The notes beneath the pieces were generated by a model. It saw nothing but the letters and a program-made list of their open reading frames with translations, did no database searches and was not told the DNA's origin. Made by a program: the position numbers and the translations under genes. From positions 56,095 through 120,094 of the forward strand of contig DAOUFR010000013.1 of NCBI GenBank assembly GCA_034429715.1: a DNA stretch of 64,000 bases. Reading direction: 5' to 3'. Shown here piece after piece: positions 37,549-47,350 of the stretch (within the stretch, counting starts at the first letter, position 1; each line of letters opens with the position of its first letter). This stretch comes from Dehalococcoidia bacterium. GTDB lineage: Bacteria > Chloroflexota > Dehalococcoidia > GIF9 > UBA5629.

Positions 37549-37923
37549 CTACCTTCCCGCAGCCGCCGGGCTCTCCATCATGACGCCCCGTTTCAACTCT
37601 ATATAAGATGTAGATTTGGCTTTCAATTTCTCTGCCAGAGGCTTGACGGCCTTTGCCGGCTGGATTACCTCGCCGCAGGTAAAAACATCCACAGCGGCGT
37701 AGCAGAATTCCGGCCACGTATGTATGGATATATGCGATTCCGCGATGATGACAACGCCGCTGATCCCCTGCGGTGAAAACTGGTAAAAGGAATCTTTGAT
37801 CACCGTCGCCCCGATCAATATCGCCACTGCGTTGAGCGCCTCCCTTAGATATTCCATATCGTTGAGAAGCCCTGCGTCGCAGTCCTTCAATTCCAGCAGC
37901 ATATGTTTTCCCAGGGCGGCCAA
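37549..37923 (-). CDS. speH: S-adenosylmethionine decarboxylase proenzyme (small prokaryotic type)
   Basis: AdoMetDC class 1 self-cleavage region ESHISIHTWPE. Adjacent to speE. Confidence 0.85.
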   Translation of the reverse strand: MAALGKHMLLELKDCDAGLLNDMEYLREALNAVAILIGATVIKDSFYQFSPQGISGVVIIAESHISIHTWPEFCYAAVDVFTCGEVIQPAKAVKPLAEKLKAKSTSYIELKRGVMMESPAAAGR

Positions 37924-38040
37924 GCGGTTTCCCTCCTTATGACATTACATAAATCATAAAACATGCTATTATTAATGCGAAACAGAGTGTAATTTTATAT
38001 TTTATGTTGACTTATTTCAAGAAATACCTTAAGCTGCCTA

Positions 38041-38069
38041 TTGACAAAGTCTATTTGACCTTGTAAAAT
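38041..38069 (+). promoter_or_regulatory. near-consensus sigma70-type promoter for the Cys-rich secreted protein gene
   Basis: TTGACA (38041-38046), 17-nt spacer, TAAAAT (38064-38069). AAGGAGG Shine-Dalgarno at 38090-38096. GTG start at 38105. Confidence 0.5.
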
Positions 38070-38104
38070 GCGTTCAAAATTCACTATTTAAGGAGGCGTA
38101 TGCC

Positions 38105-38788
38105 GTGAGGAGAATTTTTGGAACCCTCGTTGCAATCGTAGTGGCTTTATCTTTAGTTTTGATACCGGCCACTGTCTCAGCCGACCTCGGCAAATGCACG
38201 GGTTGGGACAAAGTTAAATGGGAAAACAACCAGAATTCCTGGAAGCTATACCTCCAGCACTGGGGAAGGACGCCCACGAGCGCCATGTCCCGACTTGCTG
38301 GTTTATGCGGCCCGGATAAGCTTTGTTCCGGCGTGTGCAACACTTCCCAATGTCCGAAGCCCACGGGCTGCGACATCGCTGAATGCCTGGGTGGATGCAG
38401 CAACTGCAATACACAGGCGGGAACTCTTGGATCTGCATGTGACGATTCCAAGAAATGTCTCAACCCCGAGACCAAGCCCACCTCTCTACCTCTGGATGAC
38501 TGCCCGCTCAATTGCCCGGCCAATGCCACCACCGCAGGCCTCGGCACTTCCAAGTGCTCCGGCTGCTGGGGCAAGAGCCTGTCCTATGCCAACAAGAGCT
38601 GGGCTGCCGCCGATGTCGGCACGAGGGCCAACATCAATAACAGCCACATGAACCACAGGGGCACATCTCCCATCGGTGGCGGTGACTGGGGTATCACCGG
38701 TTGCCCGCATCCCGAGTGTGTGTCTCTCACCTGGTGCCTGCAGAACAACCTTCTGGCCAAGTGCAAGGTCTGCAGCAGCGGCAAATAA
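38105..38788 (+). CDS. secreted cysteine-rich protein (227 aa, about 26 Cys), unknown family
   Basis: N-terminal signal peptide (LVAIVVALSLVLIPATVSA). Many CxxC, CxC and CSxC spacings. Own strong promoter, Shine-Dalgarno and terminator. Confidence 0.7.
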   Translation: MRRIFGTLVAIVVALSLVLIPATVSADLGKCTGWDKVKWENNQNSWKLYLQHWGRTPTSAMSRLAGLCGPDKLCSGVCNTSQCPKPTGCDIAECLGGCSNCNTQAGTLGSACDDSKKCLNPETKPTSLPLDDCPLNCPANATTAGLGTSKCSGCWGKSLSYANKSWAAADVGTRANINNSHMNHRGTSPIGGGDWGITGCPHPECVSLTWCLQNNLLAKCKVCSSGK

Positions 38789-38814
38789 ATCTCGATACAA
38801 TTGATTTGAAAATA

Positions 38815-38853
38815 AATAAGCGCTGCCTCGATCGGCAGCGCTTATTTATTTTA
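38815..38853 (+). terminator. rho-independent terminator
   Basis: Perfect 10-bp stem aagcgctgcc-[tcgatc]-ggcagcgctt followed by atttattttat. Confidence 0.75.
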
Positions 38854-38869
38854 TCCTGATTACAGTTAC

Positions 38870-39109
38870 ATGGACGAGAAAGAAAAGCTGGTTACTGTCT
38901 ATAAAGCCTGCGGGCAACCTGAGGCCGAGATAGTGAGGGGCAGGCTCGAGATAGAAGGTATACTTGCCCTGCTTAAATACGAAAGCATTGGCAGCGTATA
39001 CGGTTTGACGGTGGACGGTCTGGGCCAGGTGGAGGTACAGGTGCCCGCCAGGTTTGCCGACCGGGCAAGGGAGATAATCGGGTCAGCCGGCGACGAAGTC
39101 GAAGATTAA
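38870..39109 (+). CDS. DUF2007-family small protein
   Basis: About 79 aa. KLVTVY...EAE..R..LE..GI motif typical of DUF2007. Confidence 0.55.
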   Translation: MDEKEKLVTVYKACGQPEAEIVRGRLEIEGILALLKYESIGSVYGLTVDGLGQVEVQVPARFADRAREIIGSAGDEVED

Positions 39110-39117
39110 ACGGCCCT

Positions 39118-40170
39118 TTATTTCAGCCCGAGCGCGGCGTTGAGGGACTTATAATCGAATCTGCTGTCGAGCAGAGCGGACATAGCCTGCAGCTTCTGTA
39201 CCTGATGGAAGCCCGCGCCAGCCAGCGATTGCTCGATCCCCTTGACTATTTCATTGATATCTCTGTCAACCACGATCACCGGCACCTTTTTATCCTCGGA
39301 TTTGACCATGACCGATGTCGAAGGCCTTTTGCCGCTGACCACCAGGCATTTGGTCGAAGTCTCCAGCGCAGCGAGCTGCATGTCGGCCCGCTCATGGCGG
39401 GTGACCACGGCCTTGTTGCGCAGCCTGTTATAGTAATCTCTGGCTGAATCGGGCGACATGGCGCCCAGCATAACGTTCTCCACCAGCTCGCCGGCCTTGT
39501 CCTTAAAATTGATGATCTCCCCACCCACAGCGCCGGCGATCTCCCCCACCGTCACGCCCAGCAGTGCTCTCGATTCGGGCAGCACGCCCAGCACCACGAT
39601 GCCCTTCTCTTTAAAGTAGGCGGCACATTCCGCCTGGACCGGGGTTATCCTGGAAGAAGGCACCTGGTTCAACACCACTCCTACCAGCCTGCTCCCCAAT
39701 TTTTCGGCCGCCTGCAGGATACCCGCCTCGCGGTAATCCGAGCACCAGCAGAGCAGAAGTATCACACGGGCATCGAGCTTCTCGGCGATGGTATACGCAG
39801 CCAGGGTGGATACCTGGTCATTCTTGAATGCTCCGGGACTTTCGATTATCAGGACATCTTTGCCGGCGCCGGCCTTATCGCAGGCCGATTTAATTCCGGC
39901 GGAGAAGTTCTCAGCATCCTCCGAGAGGCTGCGCCACAGCTCCTCCTGTTTGATATGTATCGGGCAGAGGAGTTCCCTGCTCTCGCCCAGCTCGAGGGCC
40001 TGACCGATAAAGGCCGCATCCAGGCATTCCTCTCCGGCGCCCTCCGCTTTTACATGGATGGGCTTAATATAGCCGACCCTTTTACCCGAATTGGCCAGTT
40101 TTTTACCTATACCGGCGCATAATGCCGTTTTCCCGCAGGGATCATAAGCCGCGATAAGTAAATTAGTCAT
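39118..40170 (-). CDS. P-loop (CobQ/Pta N-terminal-like) plus DRTGG domain protein
   Basis: N-terminal P-loop-like DPCGKTALCAGIGKKL resembling the Pta N-terminal / AAA_26 domain, followed by a DRTGG-type domain. Confidence 0.55.
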   Translation of the reverse strand: MTNLLIAAYDPCGKTALCAGIGKKLANSGKRVGYIKPIHVKAEGAGEECLDAAFIGQALELGESRELLCPIHIKQEELWRSLSEDAENFSAGIKSACDKAGAGKDVLIIESPGAFKNDQVSTLAAYTIAEKLDARVILLLCWCSDYREAGILQAAEKLGSRLVGVVLNQVPSSRITPVQAECAAYFKEKGIVVLGVLPESRALLGVTVGEIAGAVGGEIINFKDKAGELVENVMLGAMSPDSARDYYNRLRNKAVVTRHERADMQLAALETSTKCLVVSGKRPSTSVMVKSEDKKVPVIVVDRDINEIVKGIEQSLAGAGFHQVQKLQAMSALLDSRFDYKSLNAALGLK

Positions 40171-40319
40171 GGTGCCTCCTGAATTTTAGCCGGCAGACAT
40201 TATACCATTCTTTACTTCCCGGTTGCATCGGAATATAATGTTTTGAAAGGTACTGAAAAAGCTGAGAGTTATTGCGGCTCTCAGTTTTTTAATATCCGGC
40301 ATGCTGGGAGGTGACACCC

Positions 40320-40787
40320 ATGACACTAAAAAAGTTTGATATCACCCGTGAGGGCCTCGAAAAGCTGAAAGTTGAATACGACCAGCTTACCTCGACACGC
40401 CGCCAGGAGGTGGCCGACAAGATCAAGCGGGCACGTGAGATGGGTGGCACGGAGAACAACGCCGAATATGAAGACGCCAAGAACGAGCAGGCATTTATCG
40501 AGGGCCGGATAAGCTCTCTGGAGAATATTATCCTCAACGCCCGCATCATCGAGGCCCCGCACCAGCCCGGGGTTGTGGAGCTTGGCGATTCAGTACTTAT
40601 ACAGAACCAGGACGGCAAGATCGACCGCTATACAATCGTGGGGACGGCTGAAGCCAATCCGCACGAAGGCAAGATCTCCTGCGAGTCGCCCGTTGGCAAG
40701 GCGCTGCTGGGCAAGAAAAAGGGTGATAAGATAGAGGTACGCACGCCGTCGGGAATTATGAAACTGCAGCTCATCGAAGTAAGCTAA
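40320..40787 (+). CDS. greA: transcription elongation factor GreA
   Basis: GreA coiled-coil N-terminus and FKBP-like C-terminus. GGGAGG Shine-Dalgarno 9 nt before the ATG at 40320 (the track's GTG at 40311 abuts the SD). Confidence 0.9.
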   Translation: MTLKKFDITREGLEKLKVEYDQLTSTRRQEVADKIKRAREMGGTENNAEYEDAKNEQAFIEGRISSLENIILNARIIEAPHQPGVVELGDSVLIQNQDGKIDRYTIVGTAEANPHEGKISCESPVGKALLGKKKGDKIEVRTPSGIMKLQLIEVS

Positions 40788-40791
40788 GAAC

Positions 40792-42315
40792 ATGGCCGGG
40801 GAGGAACGCATTGAGCAACCGCGCCTGGAAAAACTGTCCAGGCTGATAAATCGCGGCCTTGACCCATATCCGCACAAATTCCACAGATCCCACACCGCCA
40901 GGGAAGCCACGCGCCTTTTCCTGGAGCTGATCGAAAAAGACCCTTCAGCGACAATGCCGGGCGTCAGCCTGGCCGGGCGCGTCACCGCCGCCAGGTTCAT
41001 GGGTAAAGCGGCCTTTTTCGATATCCGCGACGGTTCGGGCAAGATACAGGTTTTCTTCCGCCGCGATTCCCTGGGAGACGATAAATATGAGCTGCTGCAT
41101 GAGCTCGACCTGGGCGATTTCATGGGCGCATCGGGCCGTGTATTCAAGACACGCAGCGGCGAGGTAACCCTCGAGGCAGCCGACTTCACCATACTGGCCA
41201 AGTCTCTGCGGCCTATGCCGGAGAAATGGCACGGCCTCCAGGATGTGGAAAAAAGATACCGCCAGCGCTACCTCGACCTGATCGCCAACGAGGAAGCCAG
41301 GGAGCTTTTCATCAGGAGGAGCGGAGTCATCAACGCCCTGCGCAATTTCATGAACGCACGCGGATTTATCGAAGTGGAGACCCCGGTACTGCAGCCCATG
41401 TACGGCGGAGCGCTGGCCAGGCCCTTCATAACGCGCCACCACGCCCTCGGCCAGGACCTTTATCCGCGCATCGCGCTCGAGCTTTACCTCAAGCGGCTGC
41501 TGATCGGCGGCTTCGACAAGGTTTATGAGATCGGACGCGTGTTCCGCAACGAGGGAATCTCAACCAAGCACAACCCCGAGTTCACCATGATGGAAAGCTA
41601 CGAGGCTTATGCCGATTATAATGACGTGATGCAGATGACGGAGGAGCTTGTCAGCAGCGTATGCGCTGAGGTTCTGGGCACCACCCGGATCAGTTACGCC
41701 GGAGAGACTATTGATTTAACCCCTCCCTGGAAAAGGATCCCCCTCCGCCAGGCGCTGATCGACAAGTGCGGTATAGATTTCATGCAATACGCGGATTCTA
41801 ATAGTCTGCGCGCGCGCATGGAGGAAATGGGTTTACAGGTCGACCCATTTAAGGACAGGGGCAGGCTTATAGATGAGCTGCTCTCCACCTATGTTGAGCC
41901 GGACCTGCGCCAGCCCACGTTTCTAATCGACTATCCAATTGATATGTCGCCTCTGGCCAAGCTACATCGCGAGGTGCCCGGCCTGGTCGAGAGGTTCGAG
42001 GCGTTCATCTGCGGAATGGAGGTGGCCAACGCGTTTTCCGAATTGAATGATCCGCGCGAGCAGCGCGAGCGGTTCGGCCGCCAGCGGGAAATGCATGCTG
42101 CCGAGATAGAACGCGCTATCGCGGCCGGCGAGCTGCCCGAGACCGATATGATCGATGAAGATTTTATTACCGCCATGGAGCACGGCATGCCGCCCGCCGG
42201 CGGCCTGGGAGTCGGCATCGACCGGCTGATCATGCTGCTCAGCGACAGACAATCCATACGTGAAGTTATCCTCTTCCCGCAGCTCAAGACCAGGCAGGGG
42301 AGGGGCGAAGAATGA
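40792..42315 (+). CDS. lysS: lysine--tRNA ligase (class II)
   Basis: OB-fold anticodon-binding N-terminus. Class II motifs 1-3 (FIEVETPVLQ, GGLGVGIDRL). Confidence 0.9.
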   Translation: MAGEERIEQPRLEKLSRLINRGLDPYPHKFHRSHTAREATRLFLELIEKDPSATMPGVSLAGRVTAARFMGKAAFFDIRDGSGKIQVFFRRDSLGDDKYELLHELDLGDFMGASGRVFKTRSGEVTLEAADFTILAKSLRPMPEKWHGLQDVEKRYRQRYLDLIANEEARELFIRRSGVINALRNFMNARGFIEVETPVLQPMYGGALARPFITRHHALGQDLYPRIALELYLKRLLIGGFDKVYEIGRVFRNEGISTKHNPEFTMMESYEAYADYNDVMQMTEELVSSVCAEVLGTTRISYAGETIDLTPPWKRIPLRQALIDKCGIDFMQYADSNSLRARMEEMGLQVDPFKDRGRLIDELLSTYVEPDLRQPTFLIDYPIDMSPLAKLHREVPGLVERFEAFICGMEVANAFSELNDPREQRERFGRQREMHAAEIERAIAAGELPETDMIDEDFITAMEHGMPPAGGLGVGIDRLIMLLSDRQSIREVILFPQLKTRQGRGEE

Positions 42316-43574
42316 TCGACATCAAATTAATACGAGATAATCCTGAAGTTGTATACCAGGCCATGGACAGGCGCGGGGAAGGGCGCGCGGACGTCGATCA
42401 GATCATAGAGCTGGACGTCTCTTACCGTCTGATGCTCAAGGAGGCCGAAGCCCTGCGCGCCCGCCGCAACGACGTGAGCAAGCAGATCAGCCGTATGAAA
42501 GAAAAGCCGGCCGATCTGATAGCCGAGATGCGCCAGGTCGGCGACCGCATCACCCAGATCGAGGCCGAGGCAAATCTGCTGTCGGACAGGCTGGAGGATA
42601 GGTTGCTGCGCCTGCCCAACCTGCCATCCGACGATGTACCGGAAGGGCAGGGCTCGGAAGATAACGTCGAAGTCCGATCATGGGGCCGGACCCCTGAATT
42701 CGCCTTCACACCGCTTCCCCACTGGGACCTGGCTGAAAAGCTGGGCATCATCGATTTCCAGCGCGGCGTCAGACTCTCGGGAACCAGGTTTTACGTGTTG
42801 CGTGGCATGGGCGCCCTGCTGCAGAGAGCTTTGATCAGCTTCATGCTCGACCTTCACGTCAGGGAGCACGGATACATAGAGATCTACCCCCCGTTCATGG
42901 TTAAGCGCGAATGCCTGGTCGGATCAAGCAACCTGCCCAAGTTTGCCGATAACCTGTATCACGACGCGGAGGAAGATTACTGGTTCATCCCCACCGCCGA
43001 GGTCCCTCTGACAAACCTGCACCGCGACGAGATACTGGCGGCCGGCAGCCTCCCTTTATATTATGCCGCGCATACTTCATGTTTCCGCCGCGAGAAAATG
43101 GCGGCCGGCAAGGACACGCGCGGCATCAAGCGCGGGCACCAGTTCGAAAAAGTGGAAATGTACAAGTTCGTCGATCCCTCCACCTCGGACAACGAACTAA
43201 ATAGCCTGCTGGATAATGCCGAGGATATCTGCCGCAGGCTGGAACTGCCCTACCGGGTGATACAACTTTGCACGGGAGACCTGGGCTTTGCCGCCGTCAA
43301 GACCTTCGATATCGAGATGTGGGCGCCTGGCTGCGGCGAGTGGCTTGAAGTCAGCTCCTGCAGCAATTGCGGCGATTTCCAGGCGCGCCGCGCCAATATA
43401 CGCTACCGGCCCGACCCCGAGGCCAAACCTCGCCTGGTACACACGCTTAACGGCTCGGGACTGGCGCTGCCGCGCGTGATGATCGCCGTCATGGAAAACT
43501 ACCAGCGGGAAGACGGCAGCATCGGCGTGCCCGCCGTATTGCAGCCGTACATGAATACCGATATCATCCGATAG
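42312..43574 (+). CDS. serS: serine--tRNA ligase
   Basis: N-terminal coiled-coil arm and class II catalytic core. Start overlaps the lysS stop. Confidence 0.9.
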   Translation: MIDIKLIRDNPEVVYQAMDRRGEGRADVDQIIELDVSYRLMLKEAEALRARRNDVSKQISRMKEKPADLIAEMRQVGDRITQIEAEANLLSDRLEDRLLRLPNLPSDDVPEGQGSEDNVEVRSWGRTPEFAFTPLPHWDLAEKLGIIDFQRGVRLSGTRFYVLRGMGALLQRALISFMLDLHVREHGYIEIYPPFMVKRECLVGSSNLPKFADNLYHDAEEDYWFIPTAEVPLTNLHRDEILAAGSLPLYYAAHTSCFRREKMAAGKDTRGIKRGHQFEKVEMYKFVDPSTSDNELNSLLDNAEDICRRLELPYRVIQLCTGDLGFAAVKTFDIEMWAPGCGEWLEVSSCSNCGDFQARRANIRYRPDPEAKPRLVHTLNGSGLALPRVMIAVMENYQREDGSIGVPAVLQPYMNTDIIR

Positions 43575-43589
43575 ACAGGCCCGCACGCC

Positions 43590-43618
43590 GCCGGTGCCGG
43601 CTCACCGGCCGATTTTTC
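43590..43618 (+). terminator. rho-independent terminator after serS
   Basis: gccggtg-[ccggct]-caccggc followed by cgattttt. Confidence 0.55.
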
Positions 43619-43724
43619 CAGCCTGAACGACGCCAACACCTCCGTTATCTTGACATAGGCTTCAAATTCAATTTAACTATATGTATAATTAAAAGAAATA
43701 TTATAGGCAAGACCCTGAAAAGAT

Positions 43725-45317
43725 ATGGCAGAAGGTGAACCGCAGACCGGTCCGAAGTTTTGCCGCCAGTGCGGCGGTGTAGTACCCGAGGGGACCCCGA
43801 TCTGCCCGCGCTGCGGCCAGAAGTGGTACATGGATCGCGTGGAGCAGCAGGGAGCGGACCTCTGGCAGAAGATCATTGAGAAAAGGGCGGCGGCTGGGAT
43901 CGGTGAAGCCGGTCCGTCTCAGGAACAGAAGCAGTACCGCTGCCCCAACTGCATGGCGGTGCTGCAGGGACCTTCGCCTACATGCCCGCACTGCGGGAAA
44001 AGCACGGCTAAAGCCAGGATCATTCCGCCCGGGAAGGAGGATGAGGCGTCTATTGAAGAGACCGCCGAAGCTCTGAACCTGCCGCCTGCGGCAAAAGGTC
44101 TGGCCTCCATCAAGGGCGCTTCCCAACGCGCAGAGAGAAAGGGCGGCCGGCGCCGGGTCAAAACCCTCGATATTATAATCGGCATTGTTATCATAATTAT
44201 TCTGCTGGGCGTCGGTTACATGTTAGCCAGGCAATACGGCGTCCTGCCTTCATCTCTGACCTTCTTCAATCCGCCCCAGCAACAGGAGGTGCCACCGGAG
44301 CCGACCACCACGGCTGAGAAGGTATCCGATATAGCTATATCGGATATAACCTCGGATGGAGCAGCCATCGCCTGGACCACCCCCGAGCCTGCCTGGGGCA
44401 AAGTCCTATACGGCAAAACGGAGTCCTACGGGGATTCTGCCGCCGCCGTCCTGCAGGGCAGTGCCCAGAAGGTCACACTCAGCGGGCTCGAGCAGTCCAC
44501 GACCTACCACTTCGCTGTAATGGTAACGGACGGTAAGGGCAACGAGCTTTACCGCAGCAATGACCATATGTTCGATACGGTCCAGCGGGTGAACACCACG
44601 CCGCCCGTCGTGACCGGGTTCAAGGTCTTGCCCACGGACGTAAGCGCCGTTATAAGCTGGACCACCGACAACCCTTCCAGCAGCCAGGTGCTTTATGGAT
44701 CGGACGCGTCATGTTCAAGCTCCACCGTCGAGGATACCAGGATGCTCACGGACCACCTGGTGCGTATTCTCGGCCTCGAGGCTAACAGCAGCTATTATTA
44801 CCGCATCAGGTCGGTGGACGCCGATGGGAACGTGGCAACGATGGATCCCCCCAATATATTCACCACCCTGGTCGCAGTGCCCACCGGGCCGCGAATCGGC
44901 GACAGGGCGCCTGATTTCACACTCCCCCTGTTCGGGAAACAGGAGACAATTTCGCTGCGCGACTACCGCGGTCAGAAGGTCCTGCTCACGTTCTGGGCCG
45001 TTTACTGCCCCGAATGCGACCGTGAGCTGTCTTTGCTGCAGTCCATCCAGGATAAAAATATGCCCGGTGTCAAGATCATAGCCGTCTTCATGGAGAGCAA
45101 GCTGGATGACATAGAGAAAACCATCACCAAGTACAAGTCAGAGCGCGGCGAACTCACGGTGCCGGTGGTGTTCGATATGTATAAGACCACAGCCCATTTA
45201 TACAATGTAGAGAAAGCGCCCTATACGGTGTTCATCGATGGTGAAATGATCATCCGCGATATCGAACCGGGCAACTTCAATATTGAGCAGGTCGAGAGGA
45301 CGCTTAATACTTTATAG
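43725..45317 (+). CDS. membrane protein: 2 cytoplasmic zinc ribbons, 1 TM helix, 2 FN3-like repeats, C-terminal TlpA/ResA-like thioredoxin domain (CPEC)
   Basis: CRQCG...CPRCG and CPNC...CPHCG ribbons. Hydrophobic helix LDIIIGIVIIIILLGVGYML. Two W/Y-x-T FN3-like modules. Redoxin motif FWAVYCPEC. Confidence 0.7.
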   Translation: MAEGEPQTGPKFCRQCGGVVPEGTPICPRCGQKWYMDRVEQQGADLWQKIIEKRAAAGIGEAGPSQEQKQYRCPNCMAVLQGPSPTCPHCGKSTAKARIIPPGKEDEASIEETAEALNLPPAAKGLASIKGASQRAERKGGRRRVKTLDIIIGIVIIIILLGVGYMLARQYGVLPSSLTFFNPPQQQEVPPEPTTTAEKVSDIAISDITSDGAAIAWTTPEPAWGKVLYGKTESYGDSAAAVLQGSAQKVTLSGLEQSTTYHFAVMVTDGKGNELYRSNDHMFDTVQRVNTTPPVVTGFKVLPTDVSAVISWTTDNPSSSQVLYGSDASCSSSTVEDTRMLTDHLVRILGLEANSSYYYRIRSVDADGNVATMDPPNIFTTLVAVPTGPRIGDRAPDFTLPLFGKQETISLRDYRGQKVLLTFWAVYCPECDRELSLLQSIQDKNMPGVKIIAVFMESKLDDIEKTITKYKSERGELTVPVVFDMYKTTAHLYNVEKAPYTVFIDGEMIIRDIEPGNFNIEQVERTLNTL

Positions 45318-45387
45318 CTCCATGCCCGAAAATCTCTTGACAGCAGCTACGTCCCGTTGTAGTGTAGATTCATAGGGAGATACCCTT

Positions 45388-47211
45388 TTGGACAGCCAGT
45401 TCAGATGTAAATGCGGCAAGCCGATGGCCTACTCAAACGAGCCGTGCAAAGACTGCGGCAGCCTCGGCCCGCATGCCTATGCCGGCAAGCCCGGCCCCCC
45501 GGCCCCGACCACGCAGGTCCCACCCCAGCAAAGGCGACCTGAGAATATGCCTGTCGACAGGGGTGAGTGGCAGCCTCCTGCATCCACCGGACATGAGGCC
45601 CCGGTCAATTACGAGCCTGATACTACCGACATCGCAAAGGGGCGCGGCCACCACGATACCGCAGGGTTCCCCGTCGGAATCAGCCGCAGGGCCGAGATTC
45701 TCAACCACATAGAGGGCATGGACAGGGAGGACAGGAATGGGCCGTCCAGGCAGCCCCGCAAAGAAAAGAAGCGGACGTCCGACGGTGATTGGGATACCGA
45801 CGAAAGGCCTGCCAGGGTCAAACACTACGAATCCTTCCTCGACGAGGGGGAGGAGGAGGAGAAGCCGCGCAAGAGAGGCGGAGGTCTCGCAGGAAGTATC
45901 ATCAGCATCATACTGGTCGTGGCACTGATAATAGGCGCTCTCTGGGCCTACAGTAATCAGGAAGAGATATCCGGCTGGCTGATGTCACCCACAACCCCGG
46001 AAACGGTTCCTGCCTCGGATCAGCCTGCAAATTCCTCCGGTTCCGGACAGGGTCCCTTTGCCGGCCTGCTGGCGATATTTGGATGGGGAAAAGCGGCGCC
46101 GGTATCCTCCGACAATACCAGTTCGCCGGCCGCATCATCCAACCAGACGGAGCCGGCCGCCACGGACAACGTGCAGACTCCGGTAACGCCCGCCGTGCCT
46201 TCGGATACGACACTTCCCGTTATATCCGAGATACTCATAACGTCCATCACCGATCACGGCGCCAAGGTGACATGGAAGACGGATGAACTCTGCACCGGCA
46301 GGATCACCTATAAGACTGAGGTAGGCGAACCTCACCTCGTTAATGGGGCGGTCACACCCACCCGTTATCATCAGGCCGATTTCAGCGAACTTGAAAGCGG
46401 CAAAACTTATTACATAACCATCATCAGCCGCGATGACTCCGGCAACGAGGCTAAACAGGAGCGGAGCTTCCAGACGTTATTATCGGCCGCAGATACGGCC
46501 GCGCCTCAGCTAACCAGCGAGCCGACAGCATCGGCCAGCGACAGGAATGCCACCATCTCCTGGAAAACAAACGAGAAGGCCAAATCACAGGTCAAATACA
46601 GCCTGGGCACGGGATACGATTTCCCGTCCGGCTTTACTTATGAGTTCAGCAATACTCATAGCGTCTTCCTCAGCGGGCTTTCGCCCAACACGGAGTACCA
46701 TTACCAGCTTATATCCAGAGACGCCTCAGGTAACGTGATGACATCCGGTGATTACACTTTCAAGACCGAGCCCGAGACAGGGGCTGCTCCCTACATGGGC
46801 AGCAAGGCCCCCGATTTCACGCTGCGGAACCTACAGGGTGAGACTGTATCTCTCAGCCAGTTCCGCGGCCAAAAGGTCATCCTCAATTTCTGGGCCAGCT
46901 GGTGTACGCCCTGCAAGATTGAGCTGCCGCATTTCCAGACGCTTTGGGCCAGGTATAATCCGGGCGCCGACTTTGTCATCCTGGCCGTGGCCGGCAGCCA
47001 GTCGGATGAGTCTATTATCAGGGACTTCATTACCGACGGCAATTACACTTTTCCCGTTTGCCTCGATCCGGGCGACGAGGCCTTCAACAAGTATGAGCTT
47101 ACCAGCATACCCAAGACCTACTTTATCGATAAAGACGGCGTCATCCGCAGGATACAGCAGGGCATGTTCACGGGGCCGGGCGAGATCGAGTTCATGCTCA
47201 ACTCGTACTGA
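45388..47211 (+). CDS. membrane protein paralog: zinc ribbon, charged linker, TM helix, 2 FN3-like repeats, TlpA-like thioredoxin domain (WCTPC)
   Basis: CKCG...CKDCG ribbon. TM SIISIILVVALIIGALWAY. FN3-like repeats. Classical thioredoxin active site FWASWCTPC. Confidence 0.7.
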   Translation: MDSQFRCKCGKPMAYSNEPCKDCGSLGPHAYAGKPGPPAPTTQVPPQQRRPENMPVDRGEWQPPASTGHEAPVNYEPDTTDIAKGRGHHDTAGFPVGISRRAEILNHIEGMDREDRNGPSRQPRKEKKRTSDGDWDTDERPARVKHYESFLDEGEEEEKPRKRGGGLAGSIISIILVVALIIGALWAYSNQEEISGWLMSPTTPETVPASDQPANSSGSGQGPFAGLLAIFGWGKAAPVSSDNTSSPAASSNQTEPAATDNVQTPVTPAVPSDTTLPVISEILITSITDHGAKVTWKTDELCTGRITYKTEVGEPHLVNGAVTPTRYHQADFSELESGKTYYITIISRDDSGNEAKQERSFQTLLSAADTAAPQLTSEPTASASDRNATISWKTNEKAKSQVKYSLGTGYDFPSGFTYEFSNTHSVFLSGLSPNTEYHYQLISRDASGNVMTSGDYTFKTEPETGAAPYMGSKAPDFTLRNLQGETVSLSQFRGQKVILNFWASWCTPCKIELPHFQTLWARYNPGADFVILAVAGSQSDESIIRDFITDGNYTFPVCLDPGDEAFNKYELTSIPKTYFIDKDGVIRRIQQGMFTGPGEIEFMLNSY

Positions 47212-47350
47212 TCGTCCGCCGCCCGCAGTCCATCAATCAGTCAACCGGCTTCAGACAGCTGCCTGACACGTAATGATAAACTTGACATAGAGAATATCTT
47301 GTCTTACCGTTAATATAACGTTGAATATAGATTGAGATGGATAATAGTTA

